This document shows, in pieces, positions 1 through 12,393 of a stretch of 64,000 nucleotides of DNA. The DNA lies in contig CAWFGE010000019.1 in NCBI GenBank assembly GCA_963815195.1, forward strand, positions 128,001-192,000, read 5' to 3'. A model generated the notes under the pieces. That model did no database searches. It saw nothing but the letters and a program-made list of their open reading frames with translations, and was not told the DNA's origin. The translations under genes and the position numbers were made by a program. Within the stretch, counting starts at the first letter, position 1. Each line of letters starts with the position of its first letter. Source of the DNA: an uncultured Planctomycetaceae bacterium (lineage in GTDB: Bacteria > Planctomycetota > Planctomycetia > Planctomycetales > Planctomycetaceae).

Positions 1-1
1 C

Positions 2-1354
2 ATGTTAGAAGCACATCCAGATCTGACTCGAGAGGTGATTCTCGGCTTGGGTTGGATTTATTTCCTCTTGTTTTTGATGAACGTCTGGTGGGCTTACGGC
101 AGCTTCAAGCGCCACGAGCATGCTCAGATTCGCCTGGGCGGACTCTTAGGCGACGGGCAGGATGTGCCGGTTGCGGGATTCTGGGCGCTGTATGCGGCCG
201 TTTTGAGCATGGTCGCGTTGGGGCACTTCACGGGGGCCGGAAGTCCCGACACCTTCATCATTCGCTTGCCGGAATGGCTCAAGTCCGGGGTGGACGGCGT
301 GGTGGCGAACCCCGTGACCTACTTCATCTTCTCGATCGCGTTGTTCGGGGCGATGATCGTGTTCCGGAATTGGTGGACCCGGCCCACCGTGTCCTGGATT
401 CTCCTGAACGTGGCGCTGGTGTCGATGGCGCTCGCCATGACGGATTGGGACTTCCGCCAAATCGTCGGCAAGCCGGACAACGTGCCGATCGTGTCGATGC
501 TGTTCATCGTGTCGTTCTTCACCTGGATTTATTTCACCCGCGCGGGAGACAACGACCGGCGGATTGAGCAGGGACTGCCGCTCCGCGAGAAGGCGAACGG
601 CGGCGATGAGAAAATTCTCGTCTGGCCCGACCTGGTCTATACCGAATTGATCTGCATGGTGGTGCTCACGGTGATTCTGACGGCATGGGGCATTGCCCTT
701 CAGGCCCCGCTCGAAGAACCCGCCTCCGCCGTGAAAACGCCCAACCCCTCGAAGGCTCCGTGGTATTTTCTGGGCCTTCAGGAAATGCTCGTGTATTACG
801 ATCCCTGGCTGGCGGGGGTGGTGTTTCCCAGTGTGATTCTCGTGGGGCTGATGGCGATTCCCTTCATCGACTTCAATAAAAAAGGCAACGGCTACTACAC
901 GTTCAAGGAGCGGTGGTTCGCCGTCTCCACGTTCCTGTTCGGCTTTTTGCCCTTGTGGGTCGCGATGATCGTTTTGGGCACGTTCCTGCGGGGTCCGAAC
1001 TGGAACATCTTCGGCCCGTTCGAGTTCTGGGACGTGCACAAGCTCGAGGTGTTGAACAACGTCAACCTCTCGGAGGTGGTCTATCTCAACTGGCTGGACA
1101 CATCGCTGCCCGAGGCGATCTGGCTGCGCAAGGCGCCGGGCTTTATTGCGATTTTGGTGTATTTGTTTTTGCTGCCCCCGCTCTTGGCCGCCACCATTTT
1201 CCGGGGCATGTTCCAGCGGATGGGGTTCATCCGGTATCTGGTGTTTATGATGCTGCTGTTATTGATGGCGGCCCTGCCGATTAAGATGGTGCTTCGCTGG
1301 GCGTTCAACCTCAAATACATCGTCGCCATCCCTGAATTTTTCTTCAACATCTGA
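2..1354 (+). CDS. Cytochrome b C-terminal/subunit IV (PetD/QcrC-like) membrane protein with long N- and C-terminal transmembrane extensions; the 5' end may lie outside the window
   Basis: VWPDLVYTE...APLEEPA...TPNPSKAPWYFLGLQEML...IPFID matches cytochrome b6/f subunit IV architecture (PEWY position read as APWY); about 200 aa of extra hydrophobic helices precede it. Confidence 0.8.
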   Translation: MLEAHPDLTREVILGLGWIYFLLFLMNVWWAYGSFKRHEHAQIRLGGLLGDGQDVPVAGFWALYAAVLSMVALGHFTGAGSPDTFIIRLPEWLKSGVDGVVANPVTYFIFSIALFGAMIVFRNWWTRPTVSWILLNVALVSMALAMTDWDFRQIVGKPDNVPIVSMLFIVSFFTWIYFTRAGDNDRRIEQGLPLREKANGGDEKILVWPDLVYTELICMVVLTVILTAWGIALQAPLEEPASAVKTPNPSKAPWYFLGLQEMLVYYDPWLAGVVFPSVILVGLMAIPFIDFNKKGNGYYTFKERWFAVSTFLFGFLPLWVAMIVLGTFLRGPNWNIFGPFEFWDVHKLEVLNNVNLSEVVYLNWLDTSLPEAIWLRKAPGFIAILVYLFLLPPLLAATIFRGMFQRMGFIRYLVFMMLLLLMAALPIKMVLRWAFNLKYIVAIPEFFFNI

Positions 1355-1405
1355 CGTATCAACGTATCGTCGAAATCTCCCCTCCAGGACAGGATTCGAT
1401 AAGCC

Positions 1406-4400
1406 ATGCCGGCCCCCGACACCTACTGGTATAACTTAAAGAAAATGCACGTCGTGTTCGCCGTGAGCGCGATTGGGCTGTTTGCCGTCACCATCGCGAT
1501 GTTGTGGAAAGACCACGCCCGCGAGTGGCCGGAATACCAGCAGACCTTCGACCGCATCGAAGACGCGCGGCTGACTCAGCAAATCGGCGACGAAGAGACC
1601 GCCAAGTACGATCAGCGCGTGAACGACTTGAAAAAGCGCCTCGCCGCCGCCCGCGAAGCGTACGAAAAACGTCAAGAAGAATACAAACAGGCCCACGACG
1701 GCGTCTCGCTCGATGATGAAATCGACAACCTGGCGCTCCAGGCGGACAAGAAAGCCCGCGAGGTGCGGAACCAGCGCGCCGAGCGCGACAAGGCGCGGGC
1801 CGATTACGATCTGGCGATCCGCGATGAGCGGACGAAGGCGGCCGAGCGGCTCAAAGACAAATATGACAACGAACAGTCGCAAGTCGATCGGCTCGAACTC
1901 GAATTGAAGCAGGCCGAGGCGGCACTCGACGCCAAGAAGGCCGAGCGGCAACAGGAAATGGCGCGGGTCACCGCCCTCGAAGCCGAGCTGAAATTGGCCC
2001 AGGCCGACGTCGTCCGCCTGGAAACCACCCGCAACAAAATCGATCCGGACAACTGGTTCTCGGCGGCCAAGCGCGATGTGATGCAGTGGCCGATTATCGA
2101 CGGGTTCAACTCGCCGCGAAAAATCAACCGCATCTGGCTCCCGGATTTGAAGATCACGCTGGGGATGGCCAACACCGCGCGGTTCGATCACTGCAAGACC
2201 TGCCATCAAGGCATCGACCGCGTGGAAGCCGGGAACATTCCCACGTTTCCCCACGGCACCGAGATGGTCTCCACCAGCCATGCCAGCAAAGACCAGGTCG
2301 AAAAGTGGGTGGATGAGAACAAGTACCCGCACCCCTACTCCACCCACCCCAATCCCGATTTGTATCTGTCCTCCACGAGTCCGCATCCGACCCAGAACTT
2401 CGGCTGCACGATTTGCCACGACGGGCAGGGCTTTGCCACATCCTTCGGCGACGCCTCCCATACGCCGAACACGCCCCACGAAGAAGAGCATTGGGCGGAA
2501 AAATACCACTATCACTCGAACCACTTCTGGGAGTACCCGATGCTGCCCGAGCGGTTCCGGGAATCGTCCTGCCTCCGCTGCCATCATGAAGTGACCGAAC
2601 TGGAAACCGGCCCGAGATTCGGCGACAGCGCTCCCAAGCTCGTCAAGGGTTGGCATACCATCCAAACCTACGGCTGCTTCGGCTGCCACGAGATCCACGG
2701 CAGCGAAGGCGAAAAGTCCTTGGGCCCCGATCTGCGGTTGGAGCCCAACTATTACGGCGTGGCCCAGCACATCGCCGCCGCCGCCAAGAATAAACTCAAC
2801 GACTCCGCCGGCACGGAATCCAAGGCCAAGGCCGGCGAGCCGAAGCCCGTTGAAGATCGGCTTCAGGAAATCGTCGATCTCGCCGACCGCGTGGCCGAGG
2901 CCCCGGAGAACGCCGAGCACGAGCGGAAGACGCTTCAGCAAATGATCCTCGCCGACAAAGGCCTCGAGAACCCGCTGTTCTCCGCGCGGATTCACATTCT
3001 GGCCGACGGCCTCAAAGACATCGAAAATCCGGGCCTTTACCGCAAGGTCGGACCGTCGCTGCGGTATGTCAAAGAGAAAACCACGCTGGGCTGGCTGGAA
3101 TACTGGACCGAAATGCCCAAACGCTTCCGCCCCTCGACCCGCATGCCGCAGTTCTTCCATAACACCAACCAGGAAGACAAAACGGCCGAGGCATTCCAGC
3201 CTGTGCAGATCGCGGCGATCGGGCATTATTTGCTCGAAAAATCGCAGCCGATCGATCTCTTGTCTCCGCCCAAGGATTACCAGCCGAACGCCGAGCGCGG
3301 GAAGGATTTCTTCTCGAAGAAGGGCTGCCTGGCGTGCCATTCTCATAAGGACTTCCCGGACATCCACCAGGACTTCGGGCCGAACCTGGACAAAGTCTAT
3401 GCCAAGCTGAAGCCGGGCGAAGAGGGCTTCCGCTGGCTGTATTCGTGGATTCGCGATCCGCACCGCTACCACAAGCGGACGAAGATGCCGCATTTGTTCC
3501 TCGATCCTTACACGCCGGAAGGCCAGAAGGACCTCATCGATCCCGCCGCCGACATCGCGGCCTATCTGCTCCAGGAGCGGGAAAAAGACCAGCCCGAATA
3601 CAAGCCCTACGACGTCGCGAAGGCTTCCCACGAAGGCCAAAGCACGCTCGATGCGTTGGTCGGGATGTCCTTGAGCCAGGCGCTCGGCGAGAGCCAGATG
3701 AAAAAATTCCTCGAGACGCGGATTTATCCCGCCCCCGCGGACGACATCAAAGGCGATGAAATCGAACTCGCCTACCAGGGCCAAGGCCGGCCCAGCGATC
3801 AAGAATGGCGGGCGATGAAGCTCAACTACGTCGGCCGGCGGACGATTTCGCAATACGGCTGCTACGGCTGCCACGACATCCCCGGATTCGAGGCGGCCAA
3901 GCCCATCGGCGTCGCGCTTCAGGATTGGGGCCGCAAGGACACCAGCCGGCTCGCGTTCGAGCACATCACCGAGTTCCTCAGCCACCACAACACGCCCGGC
4001 ACGGACACCACGCTCGTCGAGCAGGTCGATCAGGCGATGAAGCGCTCGAATGCCGGCGAGTTCAAGTCGGAAGAAGAGCAAGAGGAAGAACTGAGCAAGG
4101 CGTTTTATTACGACGCCATCCTGCACCACGGCCGGCCGGGATTTCTCTGGCAAAAACTCCGTCAGCCGCGGAGCTACGACTACAAGAAAATCGAAACCAA
4201 GCGCTACGACGAACGGCTGCGGATGCCCAAGTTCCCGTTCGACGGCGACCAGATCGAAGCCATCGCAACCTTCGTCTTAGGCCTCACGGCGGAGCCGCCC
4301 GCGGAGAAATACGTGTTCAACCCAGAAGGCGCGGTCCAAGCCCGCTATGAAGGCGAGTTTCTGCTCCACAAATACAACTGCACGGGCTGCCATATGGTCG

Positions 4401-5789
4401 AGCCTGCCCGAAATCCGCCAAATGGTCCCGCGGAAAGAGGAAGGCCAAGCCTCCACCTATGCCGATTATGTGGGGATGACCCGCGAGCAGATCGTGGATT
4501 GGTTCGTCCAGAACCGCGAAAAGATTCTCGACGGCTCGCTCTCGTCCTATCCCAGCGACATCCAGCAGATTGAAACCCTAAGTCAGAAATTCGGCCTGGG
4601 CGTGGACATCAAAGGCATCGCCCAACTGGCGAACGTCACCGGCACCGCGGGCGGCAAAAAGCCCGGCTCGGCCGACAAAAAGGTTCTGGATCAAAAGGTC
4701 AAAGACAACGTGCGGGAATGGTTTGTGAACCACCCCGAACTGCTGCTTTCGAGCCTGCCCGCGGCGGACGAACTGCCCTCGGGCATCCTCAAGCTGCTCA
4801 AGCTCAAACCGCCGCATAGCGGGGAGCTGAAAGACACCACCGAAAACGGGGACGCGATTCTTCGCTTCCACGGTTTGCTTTCGGGGCCGCCCGACCTGGA
4901 ATCGCCGGTGGACGAGCAATACCACGGCTACCAGTTGTGGGAAACCTTGGAAGTCGGCGGCCGGGTGTACCTGCCGGGCAAGAACATGTCCTTCACCACG
5001 CCGCAATTGGTGAGCGCGAGCCAAGGCCGCGGCGGAGCGTTCACCGATTGGCTCGTGAATCGCCTGTGGATCGAACGCCGCAAGAACGCCCAGGACATCT
5101 CGGCGATTCCCAAGGCCCGGCAGTCCTCGCCACCGCCGTTGTACTTGGAAGGATTGAAAGTGCAGACGCCGTGGCTGTTCCAATTCTTGAAGAACCCGGA
5201 ACTCATCCGCCACGAAACGGTGCTGCGGATGCCGCGATTCAACATGAGCGATGCAGAAGCCCGGGCCCTCGCGAACTATTTCGCGGCGGTGGACGATTCG
5301 CAGTATCCCTACCAGACCGTTCCCGAACGGGAGCCGGCTTATCTTGCGAAGATGAACGATGTTTACCACCAGGAGTTCGCGAAGGATGCCGACGAGCACG
5401 AAGACTATCTGAACCGGTCGTGGCACATGCTGGGCAAGAACCCGCTGTGTGTCACGTGCCATTCGGTGATGGGGCGGGAATTCAAAGCCCCCGATCCCAC
5501 GCAGGTGACGCACGGGCCGGACCTCGACACCCGCGTGCCCAGCCGATTGCGTCCGGATTGGCTGGAAGTCTGGCTCAACACGCCGCGGTGGATGTTGCCC
5601 TACACGGGCATGCCCGCGCCGCACACGAAGCCGCAGAAAGGCTATTTTGGCGATGACCCCGAACGTCAAACGACGGCGCTACGGGACGCGTTAATCAACT
5701 ACAACCGTTTGATTCAAACGGAAGGCGTAATCAAAGCCCCGCCCCCGGAACCCGCGACTCCCGCGGGCGCTCCGGCGGGGATGGAATAA
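1406..5789 (+). CDS. Giant multiheme (8 CxxCH) membrane-anchored cytochrome c with coiled-coil stalk, ~1460 aa; split by a 1-nt insertion at ~4403
   Basis: CKTCH, CTICH, CLRCH, CFGCH, CLACH, CYGCH, CTGCH in ORF 1406-4573 and CVTCH in ORF 4347-5789; removing one C in GAGCCTG gives the continuous reading CHMVELPEIRQ; N-terminal TM helix, then an E/K/A-rich coiled coil. Confidence 0.9.
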
Positions 5790-5806
5790 CTGAGGAGTAT
5801 CTTGAA

Positions 5807-6757
5807 ATGAAAAAGACTTTTTCACTCGCCACCCTGTTCGCCGGCGTTGCCGTCCTCGGCTTGATCGGTTGCGGCGGAGGCGCCAAAGACGGCACGAGCG
5901 TCGCCCTCAAACCCAATAAAGAAGAACCGGCCGCGGGCGGCACGACCACCGGCGGCAACGGCGGGACGACCACAAACGGCAGCACGCCTGCACAAACGAA
6001 AGCCGGTTTTGGCGGAATCAAAGGCCGGGTCGTGCTCGCGAAAGGCGATCCGGTGCCCATGCGGGGGATCAAAATCGCCAAAGGCGCGGCCACGGTGAAT
6101 CCGGAATATTGCGCGGCCAACAATGCCATCCTCGACAACTCGCTTGTGGTCAATCCCGAAAACCGGGGCGTGGCGTCGGTGTTTATCTACCTCAAGAAAA
6201 AGCCCAAGGGCGGAAAAGACAAAACGGCCGAATCCGAAAAACGGCCCACGATTTTCGATCAGGAAAACTGCACCTTCGTCCCGCACGGGATGGTGATGAT
6301 GACCGGCCAGGATATCACCGTCAAAAGCCAGGACCCCGTGCCGCACAACGTCCACACATATCCCTTGGGGGAAGACGGCTTCAACAAGGTCATCGACCCC
6401 ACGAACAAGGACGGGGAGCAGATGAGCTATCACGTCTCGCAGCAGGTGCCCTGCAACGTGAAATGCGACTTTCACAAATGGATGAGCGCCTATCAACTGC
6501 CGTTGGACCACCCCTACGCGGCCGTCACCGACGAAGCCGGCAATTTCAGCATCAGCGATTTGCCCTCGGGCACGCATGAGTTTGTGATCTGGCACGAAAA
6601 CAAAGGCTACCTGGAACGGGGCTACGAGATTACGGTGGATGCCGATAAGACCAACGACGTGGGCGAAATTTCCTTCAGCCTCGGCCGGCTCGCCCAAGGC
6701 GAGTTCCGCGGCCCCAAACCCAAAGTCGTCAACATCTCGTCCCTGGCGAAGAACTAG
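5807..6757 (+). CDS. Lipoprotein with cupredoxin-like domain and C-terminal carboxypeptidase-regulatory-like beta domain
   Basis: Lipobox LIGC; G/T-rich linker; HNVH and CDFHKWM motifs; HPYAAVTDEAGNFSISDLPSGTHEFVIWHE; RBS GAGGAG. Confidence 0.75.
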   Translation: MKKTFSLATLFAGVAVLGLIGCGGGAKDGTSVALKPNKEEPAAGGTTTGGNGGTTTNGSTPAQTKAGFGGIKGRVVLAKGDPVPMRGIKIAKGAATVNPEYCAANNAILDNSLVVNPENRGVASVFIYLKKKPKGGKDKTAESEKRPTIFDQENCTFVPHGMVMMTGQDITVKSQDPVPHNVHTYPLGEDGFNKVIDPTNKDGEQMSYHVSQQVPCNVKCDFHKWMSAYQLPLDHPYAAVTDEAGNFSISDLPSGTHEFVIWHENKGYLERGYEITVDADKTNDVGEISFSLGRLAQGEFRGPKPKVVNISSLAKN

Positions 6758-6759
6758 AA

Positions 6760-6809
6760 CCCAAGCCGACGCCTTGGCGTCGGTCCGCCGGCAAGCCGGC
6801 GGCTTGGGG
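6760..6809. repeat. Intergenic GC-rich palindromic element (REP-like or mRNA-stabilising stem-loop)
   Basis: Outer CCCAAGCC...GGCTTGGG, with alternative hairpins CCGACGCC-TT-GGCGTCGG and CCGCCGGC-AA-GCCGGCGG. Confidence 0.6.
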
Positions 6810-6918
6810 TGATGCCCTCGTTGAATTGACCGGCGCGACGGATTCACCTAAGAAATAACTAACGACTCGAAAACAGACATCATTGTTTAAGACATTTATT
6901 TTGACCGAGGGACTCTCG

Positions 6919-8667
6919 ATGAGAACCCGATTTTTCGTTGTGGCTTCTACAGTATTGACCGCCGTCTTCGCCGGGTGTGGACCTCCGGAGGCGGAGTTCT
7001 CCTGGAACGAGCGCACAGAAGACCTGTTGCCCAAGGCCCGAAAAGCGGTCCACGACGCGGTGACGGGCCACTTCGGGACGCCGGCGAAGATGGAAGGCTG
7101 GCAGCGGCTGCCGATCGAGTTCGGCGGAGCGGCCGGCACGATGACGAGCGCGAGCCGGGATGACGACAGCGACCTGGTCACAGAATTGACGATCGACTTC
7201 AAGGCCCCTGCGGTGCTCGTGAAATACGACCACAATCTCGACGGAATGTTGACCGTCGATGAACTGCCCACGGATCTCCAAAAGCTTCTGTCCGAAAAAG
7301 TCGGGAGTAAAACGCTCCTCGAACGGGCGGACGCCGATGGCGACAAGATCCTGACCGCGGACGACCTCAAGGGCGTTGCCAGCCGGCTGCCGGACGAGTG
7401 GCAAAAGCTCCTCGGCGAAACCGCGAACCCGGTGAACGACGAGACGGCCGCGGACTACGTCGGCAAAGAACTGGTGTTCGTGACGGGGAATTATGCCAAG
7501 CAAAAAACGGCGGTCCAAAGCTTCGTCAATGCGAAGAAGGGCGTCGTGAAGATTTGGCCGCCCCTCACGAAAGAGCCCGAAAACGGCGGCTCGCCGGTCG
7601 AGGTTGTGCTCGACTTCGGCGGCACGCTGCGTTCGGGGCGGCATCTTTATATGCACCACTGCATGCACTGCCACGGCGTGACGGGCAACGGCGACGGGCC
7701 GACCGCGAAATACTTAAACCCGCTGCCCCGCGACTATCGGCAAGGCATCTTCAAGTTCACCTCGACGGCGCGAAAGCTCCATCCCCAGCGCGAGGATCTC
7801 GCGCGGATCTTGCGGCATGGGATCCCCGGCACGTATATGCCTTCGTTTTCGATGCTGACGGAGACCGAGGCCGCGCACATCATCGAATACGTCCGCTGGC
7901 TGTCCATGCGGGGGCGATATGAGATCGACCTGGATACGCAGTTGGCCTTGCAAGGTGACGTTTCGAACACAGCGGTGGAAAAGCGAATTAATCAGGAAAT
8001 GGCCTCCTATGAAGCCGCGGTGAAAGACAAGCGCGAGGTGGAGAAAGTCACGCCGCAGTCCATACGGTCCGAAGTCGAGAAAGATCTCGCGGACATTCTG
8101 GAATCGTTTCCGGAGATGATGGACACGGCCGGCACCCAAATGGCGGACAAATGGCGCGAGTCGCAGCGGATTGCTGCCGAGGTCTATCCGAAGATCGCCC
8201 GCACGCCGGACGGCGAAGCGTCCCGAGCCCGGGGGCGGGTTTTGTTCCTCGAAAAGTGCGCGGTCTGCCACGGCACGACGGCGGAAGGCAACGGGCCTCA
8301 GACCAAGGACTACGGCGAAGACCCGATCACCAAGGAGAAATACAAAGAGCCGGGCCTGTTCGACGATTGGGGTCATCCCATTCAGCCTCGCAATCTGACT
8401 TTGGGCATATATCGAGGGGGGCGGAGGCCGGTAGACATTTACCGCCGGGTCCACGAAGGCATTCCCGGCACGCCGATGGCGTCCTTTTCGACATTTAAGG
8501 ATGAGCAGATTTGGGACATCGTCAACTATGTCCTGTCGATTCCCTATGGCGGGGCGGTCGATCAGTTTGAAAAGACAAAAGTCGCCCGGAGCCGGCCGGC
8601 CGCCGAAGAGATCGCCGCCTTAAAACCGGCCGTGGCGGGCAAGGCCGATTCCGCAGACGCGAAGTAG
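6919..8667 (+). CDS. Diheme cytochrome c lipoprotein with an inserted EF-hand pair
   Basis: Lipobox FAGC; CMHCH and CAVCH, each followed by PRD/PRN and GIPGTxM axial-Met motifs; loops DHNLDGMLTVDE and DADGDKILTADD; RBS GAGGGA. Confidence 0.88.
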   Translation: MRTRFFVVASTVLTAVFAGCGPPEAEFSWNERTEDLLPKARKAVHDAVTGHFGTPAKMEGWQRLPIEFGGAAGTMTSASRDDDSDLVTELTIDFKAPAVLVKYDHNLDGMLTVDELPTDLQKLLSEKVGSKTLLERADADGDKILTADDLKGVASRLPDEWQKLLGETANPVNDETAADYVGKELVFVTGNYAKQKTAVQSFVNAKKGVVKIWPPLTKEPENGGSPVEVVLDFGGTLRSGRHLYMHHCMHCHGVTGNGDGPTAKYLNPLPRDYRQGIFKFTSTARKLHPQREDLARILRHGIPGTYMPSFSMLTETEAAHIIEYVRWLSMRGRYEIDLDTQLALQGDVSNTAVEKRINQEMASYEAAVKDKREVEKVTPQSIRSEVEKDLADILESFPEMMDTAGTQMADKWRESQRIAAEVYPKIARTPDGEASRARGRVLFLEKCAVCHGTTAEGNGPQTKDYGEDPITKEKYKEPGLFDDWGHPIQPRNLTLGIYRGGRRPVDIYRRVHEGIPGTPMASFSTFKDEQIWDIVNYVLSIPYGGAVDQFEKTKVARSRPAAEEIAALKPAVAGKADSADAK

Positions 8668-8722
8668 ACTCCTTTCCAGCATCATCCGCCGGGTTCGCCG
8701 GCGGAATTTGGGAGAGACCGAC

Positions 8723-9579
8723 GTGAAAAAGTTTTGGGTGCTATTTTTTATGTTCTGGCCGGTTTTGGCCCTGGGCGTGTGCTTTTACGCGCCGGAGGCG
8801 AACTGGTGGTTCCCCAAAGATGAGGCGGGCAGCGATCATGCCTTCACACCGATCGGCGAGCGGATCGACGACTTGTTTTACTTGATTTTGATCATCACCA
8901 CGGTGGTGTTCATCGGCACGCAAATCGCGTTGGGTTATGTGCTCTGGCGCGGAGCCGGCGGCCGGGACGAAAACAACGCCTGGTTCTCCCACGGCAGCCA
9001 TAACCTGGAAGTGATTTGGACGATCGTCCCCGCCGGGATCCTGCTGTTTATCGCGCTGTTCCAGATGGATACCTGGGCGGATTACCGGGTCAAAAGCAAT
9101 TACCCCAAACAGGCCATGCTCGCGCCGGCCGCCGAGGTGACGGCCCGGCAGTTCGAGTGGCGGATTCGCTACCCGGATCCGGGCCGGAAGTTCAAGACCC
9201 AGGCGGACGTCGACAATTGGCTGAAAAACCCCCAGCCCGACGATCTTTACACGGTCAACGACCTGCATGTCATCTCGAACCATCCCACGGTGATCCACCT
9301 GCGGTCCGGGGACGTGCAGCATTCGTTCTTCGCCCCGCACTCCGCGTGAAGCAAGACGCCGTGCCTGGCATGGTGATTCCCATCTTTTTTGAAGTCACCA
9401 AGGCCGACGAATACCATCTGCTCTGTGCGGAGCTCTGCGGATGGGGGCATTACAAGATGGGGGCCCGCATCGTGGCCCAGACCCCGGAAGACTTTCGGGC
9501 CTATTTGAAACAATTGAAGACCGAACAAAACGACGACGGCGTCGCCGAGGAATCCCAACCCGCCGCCGAGGAGAAGTGA
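8723..9579 (+). CDS. ctaC: Cytochrome c oxidase subunit II (CuA); split by a 1-nt deletion at ~9337
   Basis: HNLEVIWTIVP, ARQFEWRIRY, DVQHSF, then in the second frame LRVKQDAVPG and CAELCGWGHYKM; GTG start after GGAGAG. Confidence 0.93.
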
Positions 9580-9586
9580 GAGAACC

Positions 9587-11410
<1,824 letters not shown>

Positions 11411-11424
11411 CTCGATACCGATTG

Positions 11425-12393
11425 ATGAAACCCCTCGAATATCATCCGCTCTTACACCGCTTCGCCGTCCTCACGCTGATCGTGGCGCTGTTGCCGATCG
11501 TCATGGGGGCGCTGGTGACGACGTATAACGCAGGCATGGCCTTTCTGGATTGGCCTTCGTCCGACGGCTACAACATGTTCTTTTATCCCTGGCTCAAATC
11601 CGCGGGCGACAAGTTCATCGAGCACGGCCATCGGCTCGCGGGGGCTTTGATCGGCCTGGTTTCCATCGGCCTCGCCGCCGTCGCCTGGAAAACCGAATCC
11701 CGCAAAAGCGTCCGCTGGGCCGCGGCCGGCGTTTTGCTGGCGGTGATCGTGCAGGGGCTTTTGGGCGGCGGCCGGGTGCGATTGGACGCTCGCACGCTGG
11801 CGATGGTTCACGGGAGTTTCGCGGCGCTCGTGTTCGGATTGGTCGCCGCGGTCGCGGTCGTTACGAGCCGGTCGTGGATCGCAGGCGAGAAAACCAGCGC
11901 CGGGGCAGGCCCGTCGCGGATGTTGTCGGTGCTGACGTGGATCGCTCCGGCCGTGATATTTCTTCAATATCTGGCGGGCGGTTTTGTCCGGCACTTCGGG
12001 CTGGCCCTTCACGAGCATTTGGGCGGAGCGGTCCTCGTCACGGTGTTTGTCATGGCGACGGTGATCGTTTCCCTGCGCTCGAAACTTCCCGCGCTCAAGC
12101 GGACGGGCTGGCTGCTCTTCGGCTTTCTGGTCCTGCAGATCGGGCTGGGCCTGGGGGCGTGGGTGATGAAATTCGGCTTTCCGCCGTGGGGTTATGTCGC
12201 CGTCGCCGACTCGCTGCCGCAAGTCGTGCTGCGGACCGCGCACACGGTGAGCGGGATGCTGCTGTTCGCCGCCGCGGTCACTTTGAAGCTCAAAACGCTC
12301 CACGCCGGCTCGGTCAAATCGATCGGCGGGAAATCGCAGCCGATGCTGACCGCCGTTCCGGAAGCGTCCTTGACGTGGCAAGGAGGGCTCTAA
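11425..12393 (+). CDS. ctaA: Heme A synthase (COX15/CtaA family)
   Basis: AGMAFLDWP, FIEHGHRL, QGLLGG, VHG, LQIGLG, TAH motifs; multiple TM helices; located in the cox operon. Confidence 0.88.
   Translation: MKPLEYHPLLHRFAVLTLIVALLPIVMGALVTTYNAGMAFLDWPSSDGYNMFFYPWLKSAGDKFIEHGHRLAGALIGLVSIGLAAVAWKTESRKSVRWAAAGVLLAVIVQGLLGGGRVRLDARTLAMVHGSFAALVFGLVAAVAVVTSRSWIAGEKTSAGAGPSRMLSVLTWIAPAVIFLQYLAGGFVRHFGLALHEHLGGAVLVTVFVMATVIVSLRSKLPALKRTGWLLFGFLVLQIGLGLGAWVMKFGFPPWGYVAVADSLPQVVLRTAHTVSGMLLFAAAVTLKLKTLHAGSVKSIGGKSQPMLTAVPEASLTWQGGL

Noticed and set aside
1436..4153. 905-aa antisense ORF (likewise 9395-11386, 21615-24047, 42719-44299, 61666-63546)
   Set aside because: Shadow ORFs typical of high-GC coding DNA, lying opposite well-supported genes and lacking motifs.
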